Shown here: positions 49,322 to 58,143 of the stretch, one piece after another
Position numbering within the stretch: the stretch's first letter is position 1
Layout of the letters: each line of letters begins with the position of its first letter
Assembly: GCA_041659505.1 (NCBI GenBank)
Contig: JBAZYF010000001.1
Span: 321,719 to 385,718, forward strand
Direction of reading: 5' to 3'
Source of the DNA: Parcubacteria group bacterium
GTDB lineage: Bacteria > Patescibacteriota > Minisyncoccia > Moranbacterales > UBA2206
Length of the DNA stretch: 64,000 bases
The notes under the pieces: model-generated
What the model was told of the DNA's origin: nothing
The model's input: only the letters and a program-made list of their open reading frames with translations
The model's database searches: none
Made by a program: the position numbers and the translations under genes

Positions 49322-50068
49322 TTATTTCGCGATAAAAATTTTGTAGATAGGATCATCTAAAAACTTCCGCCAGAAATTTTCCCCGTATTTCCGAATCCCC
49401 TCATTAGATACAAAGCACGGAAGCCATTCAACAGAAAACCCGATTTTTTCCAGGACTTCCTGGTAAGTTTTTTCACTCCAATAGATATCATCGAAGTCAA
49501 GAAATTTACTACCACCAAAATCAGATAGAGAAACATTGGACGGCTCGCCTTCTCGGCCAGTTGGTGATGAAATTCTTACGCCATAACCATCGTAGTCAGA
49601 GAAAGGAACGACGACCGCCAAAAATTCACCACCGGACTTGAGTACTTTCTTGACGTTGGAAAACAATTTTTCCAGCATTGCTCGTTCCGTACAGTAATGT
49701 ACCGATAAAATTGCCGTGACCAAATCGAATTTTCCCAAATCGCTCAAGTCATCAATAGCATTTCTGATTAAATATTTGATGGGTTCGTAAGAATCAATTT
49801 CCCGTGCTGTAATAATTTCTTTTTCAGAAATATCAATGCCTACAACTCTCCGCGCTCCGCATGAAAGTGCTAGACGACTGGAATTGCCCATGCCACAACC
49901 AACATCCAATACTCTCTTTCCAGAAAGATCGCCTAAATGCTTAACCAACGATGGCTGGAGAGTTAACTCTCGTAGTTCTCGTCTCGAAGCCTTGGCATAT
50001 TCATTTGCATTGGCATCATACATCACGGCAGTATCTGCAAACATCTTGTCCTGATTAATTTTTGACAT
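49322..50068 (-). CDS. Class I SAM-dependent methyltransferase
   Basis: Motif I VLDVGCGMGNSS. Confidence 0.65.
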   Translation of the reverse strand: MSKINQDKMFADTAVMYDANANEYAKASRRELRELTLQPSLVKHLGDLSGKRVLDVGCGMGNSSRLALSCGARRVVGIDISEKEIITAREIDSYEPIKYLIRNAIDDLSDLGKFDLVTAILSVHYCTERAMLEKLFSNVKKVLKSGGEFLAVVVPFSDYDGYGVRISSPTGREGEPSNVSLSDFGGSKFLDFDDIYWSEKTYQEVLEKIGFSVEWLPCFVSNEGIRKYGENFWRKFLDDPIYKIFIAK

Positions 50069-50269
50069 ATTATTTATTCCTTTTTTTAATGTGCAAATTT
50101 AATTTTCCCTCCATCTCAAGCCTCAAAACAATTTTGAAACTTGGGAAAAGGAGGCGAGCATAGTGCGATGATACGCGTGCTCGCCTTTCCTACAATAAAG
50201 AACGATTTAGGAGAATTAAGAGATATCTTCCTCAAGGATTATCTCTTGTTTTACCGGCTTAGATCTGTT

Positions 50270-50778
50270 TTATTGATGTGGAACTTCCAAATGCCAGTTG
50301 CCATTTTTAAAGCCATCATATTTTTGGTTAAACTTATCACCAAAAATCAGGGGCTTAATACTTTCCCAGAATTTCAAAAGTCTGGTCAAGCCCGATGAAT
50401 CATATTCAGCATAGCGATTTATTTGTATCATCATAAATAAATTTTCACGCTCTACACCATAATAAACCCAGAGTCTAACGCACCCGTCTTTCGTAGTGGT
50501 CGACATGCAATGGAAAGAACCATGGTACTTGTCAAAGTCATCTGAAGAAATCCATCCAAGCTTGCAAAAAACATTCTTTGCTTCTTCCTTCCTGTCATTG
50601 TCTTTCCATAGATTAATCAAGTTGTTACAGAATTCAATGCACTCCTCATCGGAATTCAACATTTGAAATGCTTTGCTGATAGGAATGCGACTTCTATTAA
50701 TAGTATCGTGAAAATAGAAAATAGCCACTTTCTCCCGATCATGAAAAGCTTTTTCGCCGATTATGATAGTATTCAATA
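50270..50778 (-). CDS. Hypothetical protein (169 aa)
   Basis: An ATG at 50778 (MSDILNTIIIGEK...) is preceded by AGGAGA, so I chose it over the track's 243-aa call. Confidence 0.4.
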
Positions 50779-51124
50779 TATCGCTCATTACTATTCTCCT
50801 TGTTTTAAAGGTACATTTTTTTGTCTCCCCGAGAATCCATTTCTCAGCTTGACTCCGGAGTATAGCACGTCTATTGTTTATTGTCAACAGTAATCTTGCG
50901 ACAATATTGACATAAGTTTTAAACTGATGTATAATTAAGCCAGGATAAGGGATTTTTGGAATTTGGTCAGTTTGAGATTGACAGAAATCGATAGTGGACA
51001 TTTTGCGGACAGTCTCTACGAATTACGAATTTGTACGAATATACGAATGTAAAAATAACCCCCATGTGACTAGTTTTAGTTATATTTTAGTCAAACTTTA
51101 ATATAACTTGACTATAGTTTTAGT

Positions 51125-52375
51125 TTGATATATACTATAGTCATAATTGTTAACTTATTCATTTTTATGCTCTACAAAAGAAAAATTAACGATGAAATCC
51201 TAAAATTCCTTGATTTAGAGGAAATAATTGTTTTGCATGGCGCCCGGCAAGTTGGTAAGACGCATATTTTACTGTGGCTGGAAGATTATCTGAAAAGCAA
51301 AGGAGAGGATGTATATTACATAGATTTGGAAGATTCGCGGTATAAAAAGCTACTAGACCTAGGAACCGCTGAATTTATCACCCACCTGAAGGAGGAGGGA
51401 CATTTCCCGAAAGAGAGCAAAAAAACTTTTGTATTTATTGATGAAATTCAGTATCTGGACAATCCTTCTGAGTTTTTGAAACTGATTGCCGATCATCACA
51501 AAAATATCAAGTTGATCGTGTCGGGATCTTCCAGCTTTGAGATAAAAAGCAAATTCAAAGATTCGCTTGTCGGACGAACGATTAATTTTGAAATTTTTAA
51601 CCTATCTTTTGAGGAATACTTAATGTTCAAAAAATACACCTATACTCCAAGTAAAAAAACAACAGCGCTAAAGCAAGCCGAATTAAGAGCTCTCTACAGA
51701 GAATTCGTTTTGTTTGGCGGCTATCCAAAAGTGGCACTGATTGACAATATTGAATTAAAAGAAAAGCGCTTGCAGCAAATCATTGATACCTACATCAGAA
51801 AAGATATCAAAGAATTAGCCAACATCGATAATATTGAAAGTTTCAACAAATTATTGGAGGTTTTGGCATCGCAAAGCGGTCAATTGGTTAATAGCAAAGA
51901 ATTAGCCAACACTTGCAAGCTATCCGCAATAACGATTGAAAAATATTTATTCATTCTCGAACAAACCTACATAATAAAATTAGTCAGGCCCTATAATAAA
52001 AACATTCGCAGCGAACTTTCTAAGATGCCAAAAGTATTCTTTTATGATTCTGGATTGATGCAGATGCTTTGGCTCAAAAGTTTGCAAAAAGAGCTTATTG
52101 GCAATGTTTTTGAAACTAGTATTTTCAGTGAACTCGTGAAAAAATATGGGAGAGATAAGGTTTATTATTGGCGGACAAAAGATAAAAAAGAAATTGATTT
52201 TATCGCTATTCCCAAAAATGAAATTGTTCCCATCGAAGTTAAAATTAATTTTAACAAAGCTAATCTATCGGCCATAAACTATTTTTTAGAAAATTATAAA
52301 CTGAGCAAATATCAAATAATTGGTCTTGATGGATATGAACAAAGAAAGGGCTGGGTTTATCCCTGGGAGATTTAA
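51125..52375 (+). CDS. AAA+ ATPase of the DUF4143 / AAA_14 type (COG1373-like)
   Basis: Walker A HGARQVGKTH, Walker B FVFIDEIQ and a C-terminal DUF4143-like block. The true start is probably internal. Confidence 0.6.
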   Translation: MIYTIVIIVNLFIFMLYKRKINDEILKFLDLEEIIVLHGARQVGKTHILLWLEDYLKSKGEDVYYIDLEDSRYKKLLDLGTAEFITHLKEEGHFPKESKKTFVFIDEIQYLDNPSEFLKLIADHHKNIKLIVSGSSSFEIKSKFKDSLVGRTINFEIFNLSFEEYLMFKKYTYTPSKKTTALKQAELRALYREFVLFGGYPKVALIDNIELKEKRLQQIIDTYIRKDIKELANIDNIESFNKLLEVLASQSGQLVNSKELANTCKLSAITIEKYLFILEQTYIIKLVRPYNKNIRSELSKMPKVFFYDSGLMQMLWLKSLQKELIGNVFETSIFSELVKKYGRDKVYYWRTKDKKEIDFIAIPKNEIVPIEVKINFNKANLSAINYFLENYKLSKYQIIGLDGYEQRKGWVYPWEI

Positions 52376-52393
52376 AATAAATTACACCTTTTT

Positions 52394-53140
52394 ATGGAAA
52401 ACGAACTAAAACAACTTGGGCTCACACCCAATGAAATCAAGATCTATAACGCGCTGTTGGAATTGGGCGAAAATACGGTGGGGCCACTGATCAAAAAGCT
52501 GGGGATGCATCGCCAGGTGGCTTATGACGCGCTGGAAGGATTAGAAAGTAAAAAGATGATTTTGAAAACTACCAAAAATAACCGCTTGGTTTTTCGGGTG
52601 GCTAATCCGCAAAATATTCTCGACAACATCAAGCAACAAGAAATCATCGCTTCTAGTTTGGTCGAAGAAATCAATTCCAAACTAACCGGTCAACAAAAAG
52701 GTCAAGAGATTCGAGTTTATGAAGGCGCCAAGGCTTATCGAGAGTTAATTAAAAGAAAAGATGATTTGATGCCGGAGAATTCGCAATACCTAGTTGTCAC
52801 TGGCGCGGCGATGAAATTCAAAGAAATAATGCTCAAATCCGGTGTGTTTGAAAGAAGTAACCGCATCCGCATGAAAAAAAATATCAAGACAAAATTGATT
52901 TTTGGCAACATCAGCTCCGCGGAAGCCCAGCTTGTCAAACGCGCCAACTCGGAATATCGCTTTTTGCCGGAAGGCTATTCTTCGCCAACATCATTTGACA
53001 TTTGGCACGACTCCATCACTCTCAATTCCTATGGCTCGGGAAACGGCGATGATATGTTTTGCATCGAAATCAAAAACGAAGACTTCCGCCAGTCTTATCT
53101 GACCTATTTCGATCTGCTTTGGAAGATGGCGAAAAAATAA
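52394..53140 (+). CDS. TrmB-family transcriptional regulator
   Basis: N-terminal LKQLGLTPNEIKIYNALLELGENTVGPLIKK wHTH. Confidence 0.7.
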   Translation: MENELKQLGLTPNEIKIYNALLELGENTVGPLIKKLGMHRQVAYDALEGLESKKMILKTTKNNRLVFRVANPQNILDNIKQQEIIASSLVEEINSKLTGQQKGQEIRVYEGAKAYRELIKRKDDLMPENSQYLVVTGAAMKFKEIMLKSGVFERSNRIRMKKNIKTKLIFGNISSAEAQLVKRANSEYRFLPEGYSSPTSFDIWHDSITLNSYGSGNGDDMFCIEIKNEDFRQSYLTYFDLLWKMAKK

Positions 53141-53148
53141 TTGAAATG

Positions 53149-53991
53149 CTATTTATTCAAAAGCCTCTTATTCTCCGGATTTTTTATAAAATTCTTTTTA
53201 GAAACCAGCGATCTGCCCAACTTAGTTTCCAATTCTTTTCTGGCATTGCCAGCAATTCTTCCGCCAATCTTTGCATCATCTTTCAGCTTTTTCACGCCTT
53301 TGGAATTTTCATTTTTATGAATTTCCGTTGTCGACCGCTCGCCAAGCATCGTAAAAATCAGCTCGAAATCATCCATATGATCACGCAAGTTTTCGCGCTT
53401 CAAGCCTTTTAGTTTTTTGTATTCAACCGGCGTCACGCCAAAAGTCGCTTTAGAAATTTCCGCTGTCAAAATTTCATAATCTCGATTTTCTCTTGCGCCT
53501 CGCTTTTGCCACTCATCCGTCAGTTCTTCGCGAATTACAATCCCGCGCATGCGCTTTTCGATCCAATCCTCGGAATAGCCCTTGAGCTTATAGAGTGCTC
53601 TGGTTCTTTTGGCTGCCAATTCCGGATCTTCGATTTCCTGCACTCGCTCATAACCAACTTTCGCCAGCCAGCGCTTCAGAGGCTCGGCTTTGGGCGAAGG
53701 AATTGATTGAATAATGCGAAACATCCCTTCGGTGTTAGCGCAATCGGTTTCACGCATTTTTCCATCAGGAGCCAGCAATTTCAACTGTCTACAAATTGTA
53801 GATAGTTGAAACTCGGCCTCATCTTTAACTCTTGCCTTCATCGCAGTCCAATAAACACTTGGGCGATCGCTATCTGTAAGCGCATAAATTACATCCACAA
53901 CCGAAAACCACCATTCATTTTGATAGATGATTTTTCGAATTTCCTTGCCCTTGAAAACGGCAACTTTCGTGGAGAAAATATTTTTGTTCAT
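53149..53991 (-). CDS. BRO-N-domain protein, DinD (DNA-damage-inducible protein D)-like
   Basis: N-terminal FKGKEIRKIIYQNEWWFSVVDVIYAL resembles Bro-N/DinD. The overall architecture resembles DinD-type proteins. Confidence 0.5.
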   Translation of the reverse strand: MNKNIFSTKVAVFKGKEIRKIIYQNEWWFSVVDVIYALTDSDRPSVYWTAMKARVKDEAEFQLSTICRQLKLLAPDGKMRETDCANTEGMFRIIQSIPSPKAEPLKRWLAKVGYERVQEIEDPELAAKRTRALYKLKGYSEDWIEKRMRGIVIREELTDEWQKRGARENRDYEILTAEISKATFGVTPVEYKKLKGLKRENLRDHMDDFELIFTMLGERSTTEIHKNENSKGVKKLKDDAKIGGRIAGNARKELETKLGRSLVSKKNFIKNPENKRLLNK

Positions 53992-54077
53992 ATTTTTTTG
54001 TTTTAAAAAAATTATAGTGTTATTGTACCATTATAAATATCTTTTTGCAACTACTCCTTTTTTAGGCATAGAAAAAA

Positions 54078-54103
54078 GGGAATTGCTATGATAAGCAATT
54101 CCC
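54078..54103 (-). terminator. Terminator after the REC-fusion gene
   Basis: GGGAATTGC-TATGATAA-GCAATTCCC followed on the minus strand by TTTTTTCT. Related hairpins with an AATGAT loop are at 49258-49284 and 56222-56250. Confidence 0.55.
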
Positions 54104-54164
54104 CTTAAACCCTAAAACAAAGAACTAATGCGAGAGCAGCTCTGTTGCGCTGCTCTCCGAACCA

Positions 54165-55028
54165 TCATTCAAACATCGCTGAAAGCGGGAGCACTCCTAC
54201 GCCCCTTGCTTCCCATCTTTTTTCATACCGCCGAAGTTGTTCTTTATCGTCCTTCCCCTCTCCATTAGAGAGATATAAAACTGCCAAATAATAATCACTC
54301 GGACGGTTTTTGTTATATTTTTTTAGCCATATAGATATGGCATTATTTTCCCCTTCGAGACCTTTTCGACTTCCCTTTATGCGAATCCTTCGATCTGCAA
54401 CAAAAAGAAAGTCTCCTTCTTTCCTGACACTACCCCGAAGAGGAACATGCCAAGCCACCTCAAGAAAACTGGGAGGATCAATATCAACAGGATACAGGGA
54501 GACACAGAGTACTTCATGCTCTCCTTCTGAAACATCAACACGAAAATCTGGAGACTCACATGATTCAAATGCGCGTTCGAGCGCATCTACCCTTTCCGCT
54601 CTGCGCACCTGAGTTTGGTGATTCCTCTCGTCGATTAAACTTATCTCTGCGAGAGTGTCCTTTCGCACTCTCTCCCTCTCCAATTCCGAAACAGCAAGTG
54701 CGGCAACCAATACTTCCGCGGCTTCTTTTTTTAGCGCACTTTTCAGCGCACCTCTCCTTGCCAACTCGATATTGCAATCCGAATCGGACGAAGCGGCAAC
54801 GAAGAGGATGTTACGACTTTTCAAATAATCAGCGATTTCAATTGTGTTGCCACCGATTATGCAAAAGTCCAGAATCGCTCCAGCAATTTTTTCAGTCGTT
54901 AGTGTTTGAGATCTCCAATCAGCGACACTCTCAAGCTCAACGACTTCAAAACCATTGGAGTTCAGAACCTTTTGCCATCCATCCCGGATTGATTTTATAT
55001 CTTCTACTATCACTATTGTATTTTTCAT
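54165..55028 (-). CDS. Receiver-like (REC) domain fused to an uncharacterised C-terminal domain
   Basis: IVIVEDIKSIR...AILDFCI...ILFVAASSD is receiver-like. The C-terminal ~170 aa are unknown. Local GC content is visibly higher than in neighbouring genes. Confidence 0.45.
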   Translation of the reverse strand: MKNTIVIVEDIKSIRDGWQKVLNSNGFEVVELESVADWRSQTLTTEKIAGAILDFCIIGGNTIEIADYLKSRNILFVAASSDSDCNIELARRGALKSALKKEAAEVLVAALAVSELERERVRKDTLAEISLIDERNHQTQVRRAERVDALERAFESCESPDFRVDVSEGEHEVLCVSLYPVDIDPPSFLEVAWHVPLRGSVRKEGDFLFVADRRIRIKGSRKGLEGENNAISIWLKKYNKNRPSDYYLAVLYLSNGEGKDDKEQLRRYEKRWEARGVGVLPLSAMFE

Positions 55029-55080
55029 TTCTCTCTCCCTGCTCCATTTCTACCCCGCCGATGCAGACGGCAATTCATTG

Positions 55081-55305
55081 CTACCATCGTTTTATTCCAG
55101 CTACTGCAAGAATTGTCCCAAAAACACTCAATACAACTATTCCAGTAGCAGATAACATCCCCATACTTTGACATGATCTTCCGCCTTCAAATCCAAATTC
55201 CCAAATTAAGGCAAGAACCATGAGTGCCAATCCAACCAAAATCATCAAGAAACCTTTCTTTTTCATTTTCTTCTCCTTTTCACTCCTTCGTTTATTGCTA
55301 TACAT
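55081..55305 (-). CDS. Small two-TM membrane protein
   Basis: Lys-rich N-terminus and two hydrophobic helices. Sits directly upstream of the REC-fusion gene. Confidence 0.35.
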   Translation of the reverse strand: MYSNKRRSEKEKKMKKKGFLMILVGLALMVLALIWEFGFEGGRSCQSMGMLSATGIVVLSVFGTILAVAGIKRW

Positions 55306-55406
55306 ATTCGATTTTAAAATAACTCTCTAATTCAGCTTAACGAGAAAGTATAGCACCAAAATACTATTTTGTCAATATATTTTGATGATAATATAATGAT
55401 ATTGAC

Positions 55407-56195
55407 TTGGCTATAATAAAGGTGTATAACATAAGCATGTCAAATAATCTTGATAAAAATTTATTATCAAATCTCCAAGCGCTAGGCCTGTCTGAAAAAG
55501 AAGCGGTTGTTTATGTCGATCTTTTGAAAAAAGCCCGGCCAGTCGGCAGTTCCAAGATAGTGACTAGCACCGGACTTCACGGGCAATATGTCTATAATTC
55601 GCTCTATGCACTAGAAGAAAAGGGGCTGGTCAAGCACAGTATCGTGAATGGTCGCAAGAAATTTGAATCCAATCCACCGGCACGTATCAACAACTTAATT
55701 GAAGAAAAACGGCTAGTGGCAAAAAAGACACTAGAACAACTAAGTGACATCGCTGTCCGCCCAATAGGGCAAGAATTCGAAGTGTATCAAGGCGAAACCG
55801 CCTACATCCAAAGGCAGTTCGATACCTTGGAAATTATGCCTGAAGGCGAAGAAATGGTAATTATTTCCACCGATTGGGGCGAGTTGTTCACTGAGAAGCG
55901 GACGGATTTTCTTGATGCCTATGAAAAACGGCGCAATGAAAAAAAAATTTCTATTCGTTTCATTCTAAATGAAGGGCTACGCAAAGTCGCCAAGCGATCA
56001 GACGAGACGCGCCTCCGGACTCAGTACCGCTTCCTACCGGATCATCACAGCTATGGCGGAATTTGCGTCTTCAATGATGCGGTAGATTTCTTCCTGAAAG
56101 GTGACCCAATTACTGTTTTTTCTTTCAAAAACCAAAAAACTACCGCCGGTTATCGCAATTTTTTTGAAGTATTGTGGGGAATGGGGAAAGAATAG
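55407..56195 (+). CDS. TrmB-family transcriptional regulator
   Basis: LQALGLSEKEAVVYVDLLKKARPVGSSKI wHTH; the third paralogue in the window. Confidence 0.65.
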   Translation: MAIIKVYNISMSNNLDKNLLSNLQALGLSEKEAVVYVDLLKKARPVGSSKIVTSTGLHGQYVYNSLYALEEKGLVKHSIVNGRKKFESNPPARINNLIEEKRLVAKKTLEQLSDIAVRPIGQEFEVYQGETAYIQRQFDTLEIMPEGEEMVIISTDWGELFTEKRTDFLDAYEKRRNEKKISIRFILNEGLRKVAKRSDETRLRTQYRFLPDHHSYGGICVFNDAVDFFLKGDPITVFSFKNQKTTAGYRNFFEVLWGMGKE

Positions 56196-56264
56196 ACAAA
56201 GAATTTATACATAGAAAAAAGGGCACGGCCACAATAGGCAGTTCCCTTTTTTTATTTTTTTTGA

Positions 56265-56570
56265 TCATATGCTTTTTTTCCTTAGTTTTTCGACCAATGC
56301 ATCTGATACAACATTAGCCAAGATTGTCATTGCGTGCTCAATGGCGGTGCGCGTCAAGGTGAAATTTAATAGAGTCAAGAGCGATTCTATCGCCAAGGCA
56401 AGCGTTTCATCCTTGACCCCCATAGTATCAATTGAGAAAAAAGCAACAAATTCTCTTTTTTGATTTTCAAAGAACAATTTTGCATCTTCCTCATTTTTGA
56501 TACCCGCAATTTGCACCGTGAGCAGACGATCTGCCCTATTTTTCAAAACAACAAAATTATGTTTTCTCAT
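56265..56570 (-). CDS. Hypothetical protein (101 aa)
   Basis: ORF with a plausible terminator downstream; no motif recognised. Confidence 0.3.
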   Translation of the reverse strand: MRKHNFVVLKNRADRLLTVQIAGIKNEEDAKLFFENQKREFVAFFSIDTMGVKDETLALAIESLLTLLNFTLTRTAIEHAMTILANVVSDALVEKLRKKSI

Positions 56571-56691
56571 GATTGCTCCTCCTTTTTTTTGGTTGTTGTT
56601 TTTAAAATTAGATTTGGCTACAAAAATCAGCCTGATGCAAAAAAATCTTTTTTATGCTAGTCTAGAAAAGCTAAATTTTGATTGATAAAGT

Positions 56692-57633
56692 ATGCCAGAA
56701 CTGCCAGAAGTTGAGACAATTACAACAGATTTAAACCAAAAAGTCAAGGGATTGATTATTACAAAATTTTGGTCAGATTTTCCGTCGGCCATAAAAGGCA
56801 CGACGCTTTTGCAGTTTCAACGCGAGATGAAAAACAAAAAAATCCTTTCCGCCCAGCGGGTGGGGAAAAATATATTCCTCCATCTTTCTGGCGGGAAATC
56901 GCTGCATATTCATTTGCGGATGACGGGACATTTGCTTGTGAAATTAAATCCACCTCACCCTAGCCCTCTCCTTAGTAAGGAGAGGAGACAAAAATACAAA
57001 AAAAGCCCTTCTCCTTACCAAGGAGAAGGTGGCCGTAGGCCGGATGAGGTGGATTTTTTCAACGATAAGGTCAATCAATATATTCACCACATTTGGTATT
57101 TAAATAAAAACAAGACATTGGAATTTTCTGATTTGCGAAAGTTTGCAACGATGCGACTTCTGGAGACAAATAGTATTAAAAAATATTTGGCGGAAAAAAA
57201 GATTGGTATTGATGCGATGAGTGAACAGTTTACGCTGACAAAATTCAATGAACTGCTTGACGCTAAACCAAAAATGCTCATTGGCATCTTCCTCCTTGAT
57301 CAAAGTATCATTTCCGGCATTGGAAACATCTATCGCAGTGAGATTCTTTTTGCCTCCGGAGTTTTGCCAGAACGCAAAAATGAAAGTCTGGAAAAAGACG
57401 AGCGCAAAAAAATCTTTCTGGCCACAAAAAAAATCCTAAAACTGGCCATCAAAATGCGCGGAACATCCGACAGTGATTATCGCGACTCAGATGGTGCGCC
57501 GGGACATTTTCAAGAAATGCTAAAAGTCTATCGTCGAGATAAATTGCCATGTCCCGCAAAATGCGGCGGACTAATTTTGCGCAAAAAAATGGCACAAAGA
57601 AGTGTGTTCTTTTGTGCCAAATGCCAGAAATAA
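56692..57633 (+). CDS. mutM: Formamidopyrimidine-DNA glycosylase (Fpg/MutM), with an in-frame repeat-derived insertion
   Basis: MPELPEVETI N-terminus with catalytic P2/E3 and the C-terminal zinc finger CPAKCGG...FFCAKCQ. The ~35-aa segment NPPHPSPLLSKERRQKYKKSPSPYQGEGGRRPDEVDFF is encoded by the GC-rich double-hairpin repeat. Confidence 0.8.
   Translation: MPELPEVETITTDLNQKVKGLIITKFWSDFPSAIKGTTLLQFQREMKNKKILSAQRVGKNIFLHLSGGKSLHIHLRMTGHLLVKLNPPHPSPLLSKERRQKYKKSPSPYQGEGGRRPDEVDFFNDKVNQYIHHIWYLNKNKTLEFSDLRKFATMRLLETNSIKKYLAEKKIGIDAMSEQFTLTKFNELLDAKPKMLIGIFLLDQSIISGIGNIYRSEILFASGVLPERKNESLEKDERKKIFLATKKILKLAIKMRGTSDSDYRDSDGAPGHFQEMLKVYRRDKLPCPAKCGGLILRKKMAQRSVFFCAKCQK
57006..57049. repeat. GC-rich double-hairpin (REP-like) element inside the fpg coding sequence
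   Basis: CCCTTCTCCTTACCAAGGAGAAGGTGGCCGTAGGCCGGATGAGG. It is translated in frame as part of Fpg. Confidence 0.6.
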
Positions 57634-57646
57634 TCTAACTTTTTTT

Positions 57647-57817
57647 GTGTCATTCCCGCGAAGGCGGGAATCCAGGTTCCACTAGTTTTAAACTCTGAAA
57701 AATCGAGCCACAGGTCTGACAAGCTCTCGGTTTCAGAAAGTCTTGCATTTTAACAATTTGTTTTTACTTTATTTTTAACCTGAGGTGCCTGGATTCCCGC
57801 CTTCGCGGGAATGACAC
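57647..57817. repeat. Terminal-inverted-repeat element, family C, copy 2
   Basis: 171 bp with 30-bp perfect terminal inverted repeats, in a convergent intergenic region. Confidence 0.65.
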
Positions 57818-57836
57818 GGTTCTTGTTTATATAAAA

Positions 57837-57857
57837 GACGCAGCAGTGCTGCGTCTC
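57837..57857 (-). terminator. Conserved terminator-like hairpin after the DUF1653 gene
   Basis: GACGCAG-CAGTG-CTGCGTC followed on the minus strand by TTTTAT. The copy at 5608-5626 has compensatory stem changes. Confidence 0.5.
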
Positions 57858-57867
57858 TACGATATTT

Positions 57868-58086
57868 CTATTTTACAAATTTAAACCGCGGAACTTTTTT
57901 ACCATCAATCACAACTTCTTCCAGAAACGTTTTCTTCGGCCTAACCCAAAGAGCATTTTCGCCGAATTCTTTGCTAGCATAGAGAGCGCGATAGACAACC
58001 AATTCTTCCAACGTTTCGCTATGATGTGCCACGCCAAGCACTTCATAGTATTTGCCTTTATAGTGTTGATATTTTCCTAACTTCAT
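57868..58086 (-). CDS. DUF1653-family small protein
   Basis: YQHYKGKYYEVLGVAHHSETLEELVVYRALY matches the DUF1653 consensus. Confidence 0.6.
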   Translation of the reverse strand: MKLGKYQHYKGKYYEVLGVAHHSETLEELVVYRALYASKEFGENALWVRPKKTFLEEVVIDGKKVPRFKFVK

Positions 58087-58143
58087 GCTTTAAGAATTTA
58101 AAATTGATTGAAAATTGTGAATTGTGAATTGAAAATTTCACCT

